Assembly (NCBI RefSeq): GCF_001194135.2
Contig: NC_068981.1
Coordinates: 3,413,599 to 3,477,598 of the forward strand
Direction of reading: 5' to 3'
DNA: 64,000 nt
From: Octopus bimaculoides
Taxonomy: Eukaryota
The translations under genes were made by a program, and so were the position numbers. Under the pieces are notes generated by a model. It saw nothing but the letters and a program-made list of their open reading frames with translations, had not been told where the DNA came from and made no database searches. Position 1 is the stretch's first letter. Every line of letters starts with the position of its first letter. Positions 51,201-64,000 of the stretch are shown piece after piece.

Positions 51201-52849
51201 AAGAAATGTTCATAGAATTCAGCAAGCAAATTATTTTCTGATGTCTGTTGATGTCTGCCTGGCTCTCAGTCAGTTATGACAAGTGTTCCAGTTACAGCTA
51301 CCCCTGGATCGATGGATCTAACCAAGGATGGTGGTACTTGTTTATGGAATTTAACTAAAAGTTATTTGCTAGTGTCTACTAAACTAATAATCTTGTCTAC
51401 TGTAGGCACAAGGCCTGAAATTTGGGGGATAGGGTTAAACTGATTACATCGACCCCAGGACACAACTGGTACTTAATTTATTGACCCCGAAAGGATGAAA
51501 GGCAAAGTCGACCTCGGTAGAATTTGAACTCAGAGACCATAGAAAATCAAAATGATTCTGAGTATGAGGCCTTGCCTCAATGAACTGAGTGCATTGTGAG
51601 CACACACTGTGTAAAAAGGAGAAATTGATCTTTGAAGACAAAATACAGTGATTGGCACACACATGTTCAAATCTGCCAGAACATATAAAAAATTGAATAT
51701 GGACATCTTTGTTTTGATTTCTGCCATTCTTTGTACACATGACCATTTATTATTAGTTCGGTAGACAGGTGGCGAGCTGGCAGAATCGTTAGCACGCCAG
51801 GCAAAATGCTTAGCAGTATTTTGTCTGCCGCTATATTCTGAGTTCAAATTCTGCTGAGGTCAACTTTGCCTTTCGTCTTTTCAGGTCCAAATTTCATGCC
51901 TTGTGCCTATAGTAGACAGGATTATTAGTTTGGTAGACATCAGCAAATAACTTTTAGTTGAATTCTATAAACAAGTACGACCATTCTTGGCTAGATTCAT
52001 TGATCCAGGGGAGCTTTAACTGAAGAGATAAAACCAGGTCAAAACATCACAGTGTCTCAAAGTCCCCTTACATCAATGAATTGGGTGTGTGATGAACACA
52101 CATCATCTGAAAAGAGAAGTTATCCTCCACAGACAAAATACAACAGTGATAAGCATATTCCTTTTAGAATCAACCAGAAGGTACTAGAATTAAATATGCA
52201 CCTCACTGTACAAAGACATATGCTTTCCCTTATATTTTTCTTCAAAACTTCCAATACCACCCAGAACTCACAAAAACTTGATCATGTTATAAAACACAAA
52301 ACACCAGAACATAATAAACTATTTTAAACCAACATAATCCACATCGATTGAAAATATTCTTGACTTACTGAGCCATAATATTTAAGAGAAAAAGAGATTA
52401 GACTAACATTTACCTAACCATTTGGGATTTTTTTATTTTCCTGTTTCAGTCGATAGATTCTTTTTGTTCCCTCCCCACCATCAACTGTCAGTATCTATCA
52501 GCAAAATATCTTGAAATATTGCTGAGATCAACACTTCGGTTAGCGCAGTGAAATCATACCAAGAACATGTCACTACCAGGCTTGCTGCCGGAATGTTCTT
52601 TTTATATAACAAAACACTATTTATATATGTATGCATGTATATATATATGTGTGTGTGTGTATGTGTATAGATATGGATGGGTAGGTAGATAGATAAATTT
52701 ACACACACAATTATATACATTGATGTCGACAATAAAGGTAACAAAAACAAAAAGACTAGCAAGGCATGAATAGGATTAATGGCTGTTATGTATGTATATC
52801 ATCATATATATATATACATATATATACACACACACACACACATCATCAT

Positions 52850-52881
<32 letters not shown>

Positions 52882-52968
52882 AATTTCTGCACACACACAC
52901 ATGTGAATGTACATATACATATTTATTTACATAAACATACACACCCACATGTATACACACACGATAGA

Positions 52969-53852
52969 GTGTGAGCGCCCTGAGAGAAAAGTTGGACACA
53001 AGAAGCATCAAATGTGGTGTGCAAAAGAGACAACTGCACTGGTATGGTCATGTGTTACGTATGGATGAGGACAGCTGTGTGAGGAAGTGCCACACCCTAA
53101 CTGTGGAAGGAACCTGTGGAAGAGGCAATCCAGGAAGACATGCGATGAAGTAGTGAAGCATGACCTTCAAACGTTGAGCCTCACAGAGGCAATGACAGGA
53201 GACCGAGACCTTTGGAGATATCCTGTGATTGAGAAGACCCAGCAACTAAAGTGAGATCGCAGCCATAGCCAATGCCAGTGTTGCAGGTCCAGCACATTTA
53301 AGAGTACCCTTGTTGCATCAGGTGATATATGCTTGAGAAGACCTTTTGAGTCAAGTAAAACCAAAATCGTAGCTGTGGCCAGTGCCCCCTAAATGGCTCC
53401 TGTTTCAGTGGCACATAAAATGCATCATCCGAATGTGGTCGATGCCAGTGCTCCCTGACTGGCTCCCATGCTGGTGGCACATAAAGAGCACTATCTGAAC
53501 GTGACTGATGCCAGGGCCACCTGACTGGCTCCTGTTTCGGTGGCACATAAAATGCATCATCCGAATGTGGTTGATGCCAGTGCTCCCTGACTGGCTCCCA
53601 TGCTGGTGGCACGTAAAAAGCACTATCTGAACGTGATCAATACCTGTGCCACCTGACTGGCTCCTGTGCCGGTGGCACATACAAAGCACCCACTACACTC
53701 TCGGAGTGGTTGATGTTAGGAAGGGCATCCAGCTGTAGAAACCTTGCCAGATCAGATTGAGCCTGGTGCAGCCTTCTGGCATGCCAGCCCTCAGTCAAAC
53801 CGTCCAACCCATGCCAGCATGGAAAGCAGATGTTAAACGATGATGATGATGA
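52969..53852 (+). mobile_element. RTE-clade LINE 3' fragment (ORF2 C-terminus, 3' UTR, (GAT)n tail)
   Basis: Translates SALREKLDTRSIKCGVQKRQLHWYGHVLRMDEDSCVRKC..EGTCGRG, then after a frameshift PGRH/KHDLQTLSLTEAMTGDRDLWRY. These match the RTE C-terminal motifs R..W.GHV.RM, GRP and DR..WR. It ends gttaaacgatgatgat. Confidence 0.8.
53382..53680 (+). repeat. 66-bp tandem repeat (4 units plus a partial) in the RTE 3' UTR
   Basis: Units start at 53382, 53448, 53514, 53580 and 53646, alternating between A and B types. Confidence 0.85.
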
Positions 53853-56377
53853 TGTATGTATATGTATACACACACATACATTTGAAGTAAAGCTTAAAGA
53901 ACTTCACCAATTCCCAACATTATCATCAAAGAATACAAAACACTTTACACCTCTCATAATGGCTTCTGGATCCAGTAAGAAAAAAGTGTTGTTATTCAAG
54001 AAATGCCTGACAGAGCCAACATTAACCATTATTATACACTTATCCAGCACCTATGATTAACTAACTTCATTAATCACAAACAACAGTCTTCAGTCTTGTC
54101 AGGCCATCAATCAATCACTGACCCCCACCGCCGTCACCCACTATCTATCTTGAAATTCTGAAAAAGATGCTAAGCACATGAGAATAGTAGAGTGTGTTAT
54201 TGCTTTATTGCCCACAAGAGGTGTGTGTGTGTGTGTGTGAGTGAGAGCATGTGCAAGTATGTGTGTGTAGTATGCATGTACAGAACAGCTGTGCCCAAGC
54301 ATACACACACACACACCACAGTCTTTGTACATACATATACACATTTAAGGTACAAAGCTGTTTATTCTAAAATATGGTCCACTTTAAGAATGGTCATGTG
54401 GTTAAGAGGTTTGTTTCACAACCACAAAGTTTCAGGTTCAATCCTAGAGCGTGGCACTTTGAGTAACTTTCTCTGCTGTAGCCCCATGCCAGTTACAGTC
54501 TTGTGAGTGGATATGACAGACAGAAACTGGAAGAAGCGAATCATACAAACACACATATATATACACATGTATGCACATATATACACACACACATATATAT
54601 ATATATTCTTTTTTACTCTAGGCACAAGGCCCAAAATTTTTGGGGAGGCAGTCAGTTGATTAGATCAACCGCAATATGCAAATGGTACTTAATTTATCGA
54701 CCCTGAAAGGATGAAAGGCAAAGTCAACCTCAGTGGAATTTGAACTCAGAACGTAAAGACAAACGAAATACTGCTAAGCATTTCACCCGGCCCCCTAACG
54801 CTTCTGGCAGCTTGCTGCCTTGCACACACACATATATATTGCTTTCCAACTATTTAGTTTTAGGTTCGGTCTGACTTATTCTACAGCTCTGCGCCAACCA
54901 GCCAACCAAGGCCTTGTGAGTGAAAGACGGCCATTGCATATGCGTGTGTGCATATGTAACAAATGTGCAGAGCATACAGAACAGCTGTGCACACAGAATA
55001 CAAAGCTTGTATATTTAGAAATATACACCCCACAAAGATAAATATAATTTGAAACTGTTGTACAATAGTTTGTTTTAGAAGCATTCTGAAGGTTTGTTGC
55101 TGTTGTTGTTGTTTAAACCCCAGGTCAGCCTTATCTGAACAAACCTATGATCAATAGGATTCAACCCATGACCATCTTGCCTTATTTTAAGGCAAGCCGA
55201 GTATCTTGTGGAACCCCTCCCCTTATTTTTTAAGGTATATGGAAGTGACATTGGAGCAAGACATGTGTCTGACCTTTTGGGGTCTTGTTGAGCCAACCAG
55301 CTCATGTCTGCATGGAAACCAGACACGAAAGATTAATGATGATGATGATGATGGTGTGAAGGTAATTTGGCTGCTGTTTCTAACAAGTTGATAGACCATA
55401 TTCAAACACTCTTTCACTTGTTCATCGTTAGGCTTTTTTTTTTAAAAAAAGAAAAACAAAAATAAAAAGTATTTGTTTCTGGGTTTATGATCTTCAGCAG
55501 ATATAAGATAAATAATATGACCCTGGATACAATGTCAGGCAACACTATGGCTAGCTTTTCCAGATAACCTGGTATCTATAGCCATCAGCACTGACCAGTC
55601 AGGTAATGTGAAGTTCTGTATTCAATCCACAAATACAACAAAATGCCCACAACATTACATTTGAATTGATGACCATTGAGAAAATAGTTCAATGTTGTAT
55701 CCCCCACTCAGTTATCTCCCCCTTCAACCTTTTTTTCGGGGGGGGGGGCAGTGATGTTGGTTAAGAAATTTACTTCTCAACCATATGATCTTGGGTTCAG
55801 TCCCACTGTGCAGCACCTTAGACAACTGTCTTCTACTATATAATCCTGGGCCAACCAAAGCCTTGTGAGTAGATTTGGTAAACAGAATCTGGAAAAAAGC
55901 TTGTTGATGTGTGTTTCTTTGCCTGAACGTCATGTTGTAGCTGTAAATGAGCATCACTGTTATACAAGAAGTGTTGTTTTGTTTCCAGTCTTCTGTGAAA
56001 ACATGACCAGCCATGGGGAAATATTAACTTGTCAGGAGAGGTGCGAGAGTTGGTAACAGGAAGAGCATCCTACTAGCAGCGACCCATGCAGTCATGGAAA
56101 GATGGATGTTAAAATAATGATGATGTTTTGGTTAGAGTAGGAAGGACAATGCCCCAACCCTCTAAGACAGGTAGAAAGGAAGTAACTTTGTCATTATTAA
56201 GATGGTGTTTGGAGCATAATTTAACACAGAGTTTTGATGGAAGGTTTTAATTTAAATCACTTTAACCCTTTTGTTATCATATTTCTATGCAACACACTGC
56301 ATTTGTTTCATGTAATTTAGCAAAGTTAAGCTGTTGTTCGGAGCATTAATTAACAAGGAATTTTGGTTGAAGGTTTT

Positions 56378-56608
56378 GAGCGTGGCCGTTGCCAGTACCG
56401 TGTGACTGGCCCTCATGCTGCTGGCACATAAAAGCACCCACTAGACTCTCGGAGCGGTTGGCGTTAGGAAGGGCATCCAGCTGTAGAAACTCTGCCAGAT
56501 CAGATTGGAGCCTGGTGCAGCCTTCTGGTTTCACCAGTCCTCAGTCAAATTGTCCAACCCATGCTAGCATGGAAAGCGGACGTTAAACGATGATGATGAT
56601 GATGATGA
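56378..56608 (+). mobile_element. RTE-type 3' end repeat with (GAT)n tail (representative copy)
   Basis: aaagcacccactagactctcggagcggttggcgttaggaagggcatccagctgtagaaac...ggacgttaaacgatgatgat. Other approximate copies on +: 1395-1672, 11145-11330, 17265-17510, 20690-20915, 32010-32375, 35645-35815, 36150-36485. On -: 3150-3610, 6650-6790, 8775-9010, 15103-15265, 18848-19040, 24200-24480, 26090-26420, 28745-29095, 47815-48110, 61605-61810, 63685-63900. Confidence 0.8.
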
Positions 56609-58738
56609 CAGGGTGTTTCTATCAGAGAACCAGGAGCAGTCTCAGGTAGGTTGGTGTCAAAAGGGTTAAATCCGTGAATATTTCCATGTTGCCAAGCATC
56701 ATGAAAACAAATGAAAATAAAGTCAATTTCTTTACGACCTTCCTCGAAATTCAAAACCTTATTTCATAACAAGATCTAATTATTTTTAATGAAATAATTA
56801 AAAAGTATTTACTTCACTCAGGCTCTGCATAAATGGCGTTTGGTTTGTACCGAGTAACATAGCAAAATTATTGTGAATGGGAAACAACGCTGAGAGAACT
56901 GTTTCGTGAGAATCTGAAACGAACTGTTCATAGTTGTAAATAGAGATTAATGGCTGCTTTTATTATGTAACAAACTTGAAAACCGGGAATAATTATCAGG
57001 AAATCAGTCAGGAAATGATAAAATATAATCCACAAGTGCTTTATGGGAGCTGGTTGCTATATAAATGAGTGAACGAGAGACAGAAATATCAATTAGAAAT
57101 ACGTTCTACCACTAATTGCCAACACTTTCACTGAAATATTGTGTAAAGATACTGGAATGGTTGTTGTGTTTATTAACCATTCAAATATACAACAGATAGG
57201 CACAGGGTGGATAAATAAAGGATAGATACGTAGAGAAGTAGTACTGCTACTACTAACATGGATATCCCACCATCTTCATAACAAAGGTTACAATCATCAT
57301 CATCATCCTCACCATCACTGCCATCATAACTATCATCATTACCATCTTCATCCCCATAACCACCACCACCACTCTAACTACTACAAACACAACCACCACC
57401 ACTGCCATCACCACCACCATCATCATCATCATTGTCAGTAGTATGTTGCACTTGAAGATACCAATGCTTGTACACAGACACACAGAAAACTCTGGTCTGT
57501 CAAAACCCCATTTTGTTTCCAATCACAAAAAACGAAAAAAAAAAAAAAAGAACTGTGTTCAATTTGCCAAAATTGATTTATTAAACCTTAACAACAAAAT
57601 GATAAACAATTAAAAAAACAAAACAAAGTAGAACAAATAGTTAAGAAATTTATTGCTTTATCTCGAAGGAACTGTAGCACTAAAGATGACTTCTTTTCCC
57701 TTTTTGTTTTTACTAGTTTCAGTCATTTGACTGCAGCCATGCTGGCGCACCCCCTTTAGTCAAAGAAATGGACCGCAGGACTTGTTCTTTGTAAGCCTAG
57801 TACTTATTCTATCGGTCTCTTTTGCCGAGCCACTAAGTTATGGAGATGTAAGCACAAACATCAGTTGTCAAGCGATGGTGGGCGAGACAAACACACACAC
57901 ACAGATGACAGGCTTCTTTCAGTTTCCATCTACCAAATCCACTCACAAGGCTTTGGTTGGCCTGAGGCTATAGTAGAAGACATTTGCCCAAAGTGCCACA
58001 CAGTGGGACTGAACCCAGAACCATGTGGTTAGGAAGCAAGCTTCTTACCACACAGCCATAACTGCGCCTATATATATATATATCTATAAACTTCCTGTTC
58101 TAAAGTGTTCTAAAATATTTTCATCAAAATTCCATGTTAATTTATTACTCTAAACACTAGCTTAATAACGACAAAGTTATTGTACAAAATTCTTTATTAT
58201 TCCCCAAATTAATTCAAACAAATACAATGTATTTCAAAAGAATTATGTAAATAAAAGAGTTAAAGTGATCCAAATTAAAACCTTGCATCAAAATTCTGTG
58301 ATAATTTATGTTCCAAATGATAGTTTAATAACAACAAAATTATTTTGCTAAGTTCTTCATTATTTTCAAAATTAATTGAAACAAAGACATTATATTTCTA
58401 CAGAATTATGGCAACAAAAGGGTTAAACAATTTCGGTTAGTTTTAGTTGTTGAATCAACAATTTGAAGCCATTATCAGAGAAAGACACAGATTCCGTCAG
58501 TTCTGACTCGAAGATTTTTGGCACTGAACCAAACGATTGCTTTTAGCAGTGTTAACCTTGAGGCAAGCATTTGAACCAGGCTCCCTGTTGTCTTATCAGC
58601 AAGATTCGTTACCCTAACAGATGCTAGGGCTGGACACCAGCCATACCAATTGCAACCAACCTTAAACCAGGAAGGGGTGGCTGTGGTAATTTATAATTGG
58701 GTGAAGAGCAAGGGGGGTGAAGAGGTTTAAGAAGAAGT

Positions 58739-58798
<60 letters not shown>

Positions 58799-59184
58799 CA
58801 GAAGAGAATGAATGCTGGACAGATAAGTTAGATAATTAAGTGGTACTACTGCTGCTGCTGCTGCTGCGTTTGTTTCTGATAAATATGTTAAGCAGACAGC
58901 ATTAGAGGAGATAGGAAATGGGATCATGTGATGTTTATGTCTTCACAAAGGGTGATTAATATTGCAAATCAAGTGAAACTTGTAGAAGCGGAAGTCACAG
59001 ACCTTATCTCATCAGGAGTTTTAAGCTGTGCGTTTGTGCTGTGTTTCTGCTGCTTATGAGGTCTCAAGGCCTTTTATATTAACCTCAATGTGGGTGAACT
59101 TCCTTCATGTGAAAAAAAAACGTTTTATAATAAACCATAATTGAAAATGGAAATAACAAGATTTTTCAATAACAGGCCTCGGTG

Positions 59185-59240
<56 letters not shown>

Positions 59241-59914
59241 TGTAACCTTTCACTGCCATAAACAGTGTCTAGACAATATAAACAGCATAAGGCATGTGAA
59301 AGAAAGTAGACAAATCAAAAGATTTCATTGCCTGACCTGTTTGAAGTAATTAAACCACTCTCTGCTCTTATAAACTACAACAGGGCATAAACCGCATCTC
59401 TATTAAATTCAATGAATACATTACTTAAGATGATGGTGGTAGTGGTGGTGGTGGTAGTTCATATGGTAGATGATAAAGTTGTATAACATGTCTCTCATTT
59501 TCAATGATTTGATATATTTATTATCCCAAAGAACATTTAATGTATCGCACACAGCCAATGCTATATTCTGTTTAACATTGAATTTATGGTGCATAATATA
59601 CCTCACATAACACAAGACATATCACACACAGTAGATGTTATCTCCATAGTATAATGATAATAATAACAACAACAACAACAATAATAATAATAATAATAAT
59701 GATTTCAAATTTTGGCACAAGGCCAGAAATTTTGGGGGGGAGGGGTAAGTTGATTACAGCAATCCCAGCGTTCATCTGGTACTAATGTTATCAGCCCTGA
59801 AAGGATGAAAGGCAAAGCCGACCTCAGTAGCATATTATTAATAATCATAATAATAATAATAGTTGACGTAGAGTAGATTCATTGATTGGCTGGTTGGTTG
59901 ATTTACGTTATACA

Positions 59915-60262
59915 GAGAGAGGAGGAAGAGAGAGAGGGAGAGAGGAGGAAGAGAGAGAGGGAGAGAGGAGGAAGAGAGAGAGGGAGAGAGGAGGAAGAGA
60001 GAGAGGGAGAGAGGAGGAAGAGAGAGAGGGAGAGAGGANNNNNNNNNNNNNNNNNNNNNNNNNNNNNNNNNNNNNNNNNNNNNNNNNNNNNNNNNNNNNN
60101 NNNNNNNNNNNNNNNNNNNNNNNNNNNNNNNNNNNNNNNNNNNNNNNNNAGGGAGAGAGGAGGAAGAGAGAGAGGGAGAGAGGAGGAAGAGAGAGAGGGA
60201 GAGAGGAGGAAGAGAGAGAGGGAGAGAGGAGGAAGAGAGAGAGGGAGAGAGGAGGAAGAGAG
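59915..60262. repeat. 23-bp purine-only minisatellite (AGAGAGGAGGAAGAGAGAGAGGG)n spanning a gap
   Basis: Exact tandem units on both sides of the N-run 60039-60149. Confidence 0.85.
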
Positions 60263-61076
60263 AAATATAGAGACAGTTAGCATAAGAGGTGCAGGATGAG
60301 TGCACATACTAGGCGTAGTGGTTGGCAATGAGTAAAGGAACATAGTGAGAGAAAAAGGACCATAGGGACAGAGGAGGAAGAGGAGGAGACAGAATAATAT
60401 ATCTTTTGAAAATTAATATTCATTTCATCATTTTTAAAAAAGCATCAAGAAATTTAATAAAAGTTAAACTATAATTATTGTATGCCATATTTTTCTGGTA
60501 TTACCAGGGTAGCACAAAGTATACATCAGTATATGATGACAGATAACACTCTATATTCCATATAGCATTAATATTCAACCCATGGTTGGTGACAGATGGA
60601 CAAGGCTTTTGTAGCTAGGAATACAACAGAGTGTAATCCTAATGAGGGATTCTTTGCTTAGATCTGCTAGAAATAGCAGCCAAATACCTTGAAATTAATT
60701 ACAACCCTCTTAAAAGAAGAGGGAATAACATCATCACGTTCAGCAAATTCTTCTGGTCCTTCATGGAATTTACAATCACACCCAGCCATGCCAGTCTTGT
60801 TGAATTTACGGGTCTTTGCAGTGATGATAGTTTACAGAAATAAATAGAGCATGCTTTAAAGCGGTTGACCCTATTATATATGCAGAATTATTGTTGTGTG
60901 CTAATTGCTGACCTCAGCCAAGATAATTACCATCAGTGCAACCTAGTTGCCTAATAAAAAACTGTTGTCAAAGGGTNNNNNNNNNNNNNNNNNNNNNNNN
61001 NNNNNNNNNNNNNNNNNNNNNNNNNNNNNNNNNNNNNNNNNNNNNNNNNNNNNNNNNNNNNNNNNNNNNNNNNNNN

Positions 61077-61113
<37 letters not shown>

Positions 61114-61938
61114 CGACGACGACACCACCAATACTAGTGATAATGATAAGAATAAAGAGTGTGATGACAACAATGATGAGGATGACAATGATGATGAGGA
61201 TGACACTCACATGGAATTAGCAATCAGGTGATGCATTCAAATGCAATTCTTTGAATAGACCCAAATTAATATTTGGTTATTTTGTGACAGAATTGGAAAA
61301 ATCTACCTCTCTTGAGCACGCACACACAAACACAGACACACACACACACACACAAACACAGACACACACACATACAACACTACGCTCAATACATTATAAC
61401 ACACAAAATGGTAAAAAAAGGTAATGTTTATGAGGAGGAGGAGGAATCAACTTTACAGTCTCACATAGATTAGTTGTAAGGTGAAGGTGTTTGGTAACCA
61501 ACCTCAACACATGCTTACTGCCCATAAACAACTTAATTGGTAGCCAGCCTGAACGAATGTTTGATGTCCACGTAATAGATCATACACTTGCAGCAACAAT
61601 GTTGTCATCACCGTCATCATTATCATTTAATATCCACTTTCCATGTTGTCATGAGTTGGATGGTCCAACACGAACTGACAAGCCAGAGCACTTTGCCAAT
61701 CTCCGTTGTCTGTTTTGGCATGCTTTCTACAGCTGGATGCTCTTCCTGACACCAACCACTTTACACAGTGCTTTTTTATGAGGCACCAGCACCAGTGAGG
61801 TCACCAAGTCAGANNNNNNNNNNNNNNNNNNNNNNNNNNNNNNNNNNNNNNNNNNNNNNNNNNNNNNNNNNNNNNNNNNNNNNNNNNNNNNNNNNNNNNN
61901 NNNNGTAGGGTTAACTTCAACACAGAAAACACGAGCTA

Positions 61939-61973
<35 letters not shown>

Positions 61974-62465
61974 CTCCATATTAGAATTATCTTTTCACAC
62001 TGAGTATGCTATGGTTTGGCACGTAACGAATCAGCTGCAGTGCAGACTTCAACATGACGGGTTGGGGGATTTTTTTCTTCATGGTAAACGTGCTGAATGA
62101 AGGTGAGGCTATAATGCCAGTCCAGAAACCAGTCCACGTGAGTCCCGTATGCTCACAGACTGTTAAATTTCTGGAATTATTGTCAGTAGTTTTTTTTTTT
62201 GTGATTTAAATAAGAGTTTTGACTGTTATTTCTAGCAAGTAGACATACTCAGCATGTCCTTTGATTAATATAAATTTTAATCCATCAGCTATTTAAAGCT
62301 TTTTGGGGGGCCTGCAATCACCTATATTATTAATTCTGTTATTATCATTTTAATGATTTTATCCTCAATAATAATGGAGTTAATACTCATATTTTCTTTG
62401 CAAATATTTTCTGCTGAAATATTTGCTCCGTATTAGAATTATATTTATATGTATAGTTTAATTCT

Positions 62466-62547
62466 TGCAGTCAATCGTTTCGTACAAAGATATAATGATA
62501 TAAATTCATGATTGAATTAAATAAATATCATCGTACTCTTCAGTGCA
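62466..62547 (-). ncRNA. Type I hammerhead motif, family E, inverted partner copy
   Basis: Minus strand: TGCA CTGAAGA GTAC ... GTAC GAAA CGATTG AC TGCA. Core is intact, but stem III and the cleavage triplet are mutated. Confidence 0.55.
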
Positions 62548-62760
62548 GGAAGGAAAGAAACCACAATGCAAGGAACTTAAAAAAAGAATAGAGCAGGAAA
62601 AGTTGGATCTAGGAGAGTCATATTGGTATCCGTGTGAAAAAGAGATGTTTATCTTCTCCATTTTATTTTCTCACACAGATTCCAATATGACTCTCCTAGA
62701 TCCAACTTTTCCTGCTCTATTCTTTTTTTAAGTTCCCTGTATAATGGTTTCTTTCCTTCC

Positions 62761-62842
62761 TGCACAGAAGAGTACGATGATGTCTATTTCATTCAATCAT
62801 GAATTTATATCATTATATCTTTGTACGAAACGATCGTCTGCA
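62761..62842 (+). ncRNA. Type I hammerhead motif, family E, with long stem II insert (U4A in this copy)
   Basis: TGCA CAGAAGA GTAC [47 nt] GTAC GAAA CGATCG TC TGCA. Palindromic stem III ACGATCGT, GUC triplet, 4-bp stem I. Confidence 0.6.
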
Positions 62843-62937
62843 AGAATTTAAACTTCTTATATATTTTAACACCTTGTTTCCTCCATTTCTAACAAATCGA
62901 TGGGACTTATGGAACTCCATCCCATAAATTCATCATA

Positions 62938-62973
<36 letters not shown>

Positions 62974-64000
62974 NNNNNNNNNNNNNNNNNNNNNNNNNNN
63001 NNNNNNNNNNNNNNNNNNNNNNNNNNNNNNNNNNNNNNNNNNNNNNNNNNNNNNNNNNNNNNNNNNNNNNNNNNNNNNNNNNNNNNNNNNNNNNNNNNNN
63101 NNNNNNNNNNNNNNNNNNNNNNNNNNNNNNNNNNNNNNNNNNNNNNNNNNNNNNNNNNNNNNNNNNNNNNNNNNNNNNNNNNNNNNNNNNNNNNNNNNNN
63201 NNNNNNNNNNNNNNNNNNNNNNNNNNNNNNNNNNNNNNNNNNNNNNNNNNNNNNNNNNNNNNNNNNNNNNNNNNNNNNNNNNNNNNNNNNNNNNNNNNNN
63301 NNNNNNNNNNNNNNNNNNNNNNNNNNNNNNNNNNNNNNNNNNNNNNNNNNNNNNNNNNNNNNNNNNNNNNNNNNNNNNNNNNNNNNNNNNNNNNNNNNNN
63401 NNNNNNNNNNNNNNNNNNNNNNNNNNNNNNNNNNNNNNNNNNNNNNNNNNNNNNNNNNNNNNNNNNNNNNNNNNNNNNNNNNNNNNNNNNNNNNNNNNNN
63501 NNNNNNNNNNNNNNNNNNNNNNNNNNNNNNNNNNNNNNNNNNNNNNNNNNNNNNNNNNNNNNNNNNNNNNNNNNNNNNNNNNNNNNNNNNNNNNNNNNNN
63601 NNNNNNNNNNNNNNNNNNNNNNNNNNNNNNNNNNNNNNNNNNNNNNNNNNNNNNNNNNNNNNNNNNNNNNNNNNNNNNNNNATATTATTTAATGTTTGTT
63701 TTCCATGCTGGCATGAATTGGCTGGTTTGACAGGATTTAGAAAACAGCAGAGCTGTCTCAAACTCCAATGGTTTCTATGACTGGATGCCTTTCCGAATGC
63801 CAACCCCTTTACAAAGTGTACTGGGTGCTTTTTTCATGCCACCAACACTAATGAGGTCGTTAAGTAACTTGCAAGACAGGAAAAGACAAGAAAAAGGAAG
63901 AAGTCTTCTTGACTAAGAGGTGGGGAAGTATGAGCTGGGGTGGGGGTGCACGTCTTTTGGCCAGGTATTGGGAGGTTGAAGTATGATAGAGGGACAAGTG

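Larger units (their letters stand above)
62458..62851. mobile_element. Fold-back element (inverted PLE-like arms of about 170 bp)
   Basis: 62458-62626 is the reverse complement of 62682-62851 with few mismatches. Each arm holds a family E hammerhead. Confidence 0.75.

Noticed and set aside
53382-53680. CRISPR-like regular repeat spacing
   Set aside because: These are contiguous 66-bp units without unique spacers, inside a LINE UTR, in eukaryotic DNA with no cas genes.

Overview
AT-rich eukaryotic DNA, very rich in repeats and microsatellites, with nine N-gaps. The repeat families look like those I recall from Octopus genomes, so the species is an inference. No long gene ORF is present: nearly all tracked ORFs come from microsatellites or N-gaps, and a few are decayed LINE fragments (RTE, CR1/L2-like, Tx1/L1-like). 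Most of the window is tRNA-derived SINEs, RTE 3' ends with (GAT)n tails, TTAA-flanked piggyBac-like MITEs and fold-back elements. Three signals stand out. (1) About nine minimal type I hammerhead ribozyme motifs from five sequence families sit in Penelope-like remnants, some with long stem II inserts or core variants. (2) A tentative minus-strand gene of seven small exons (7750-43589) splices in frame by eye and has a possible 5-nt microexon option. (3) Eight inverted repeats could form dsRNA. Repeat boundaries are approximate (about 10-30 bp). All family assignments come from recalled motifs, not from database searches.
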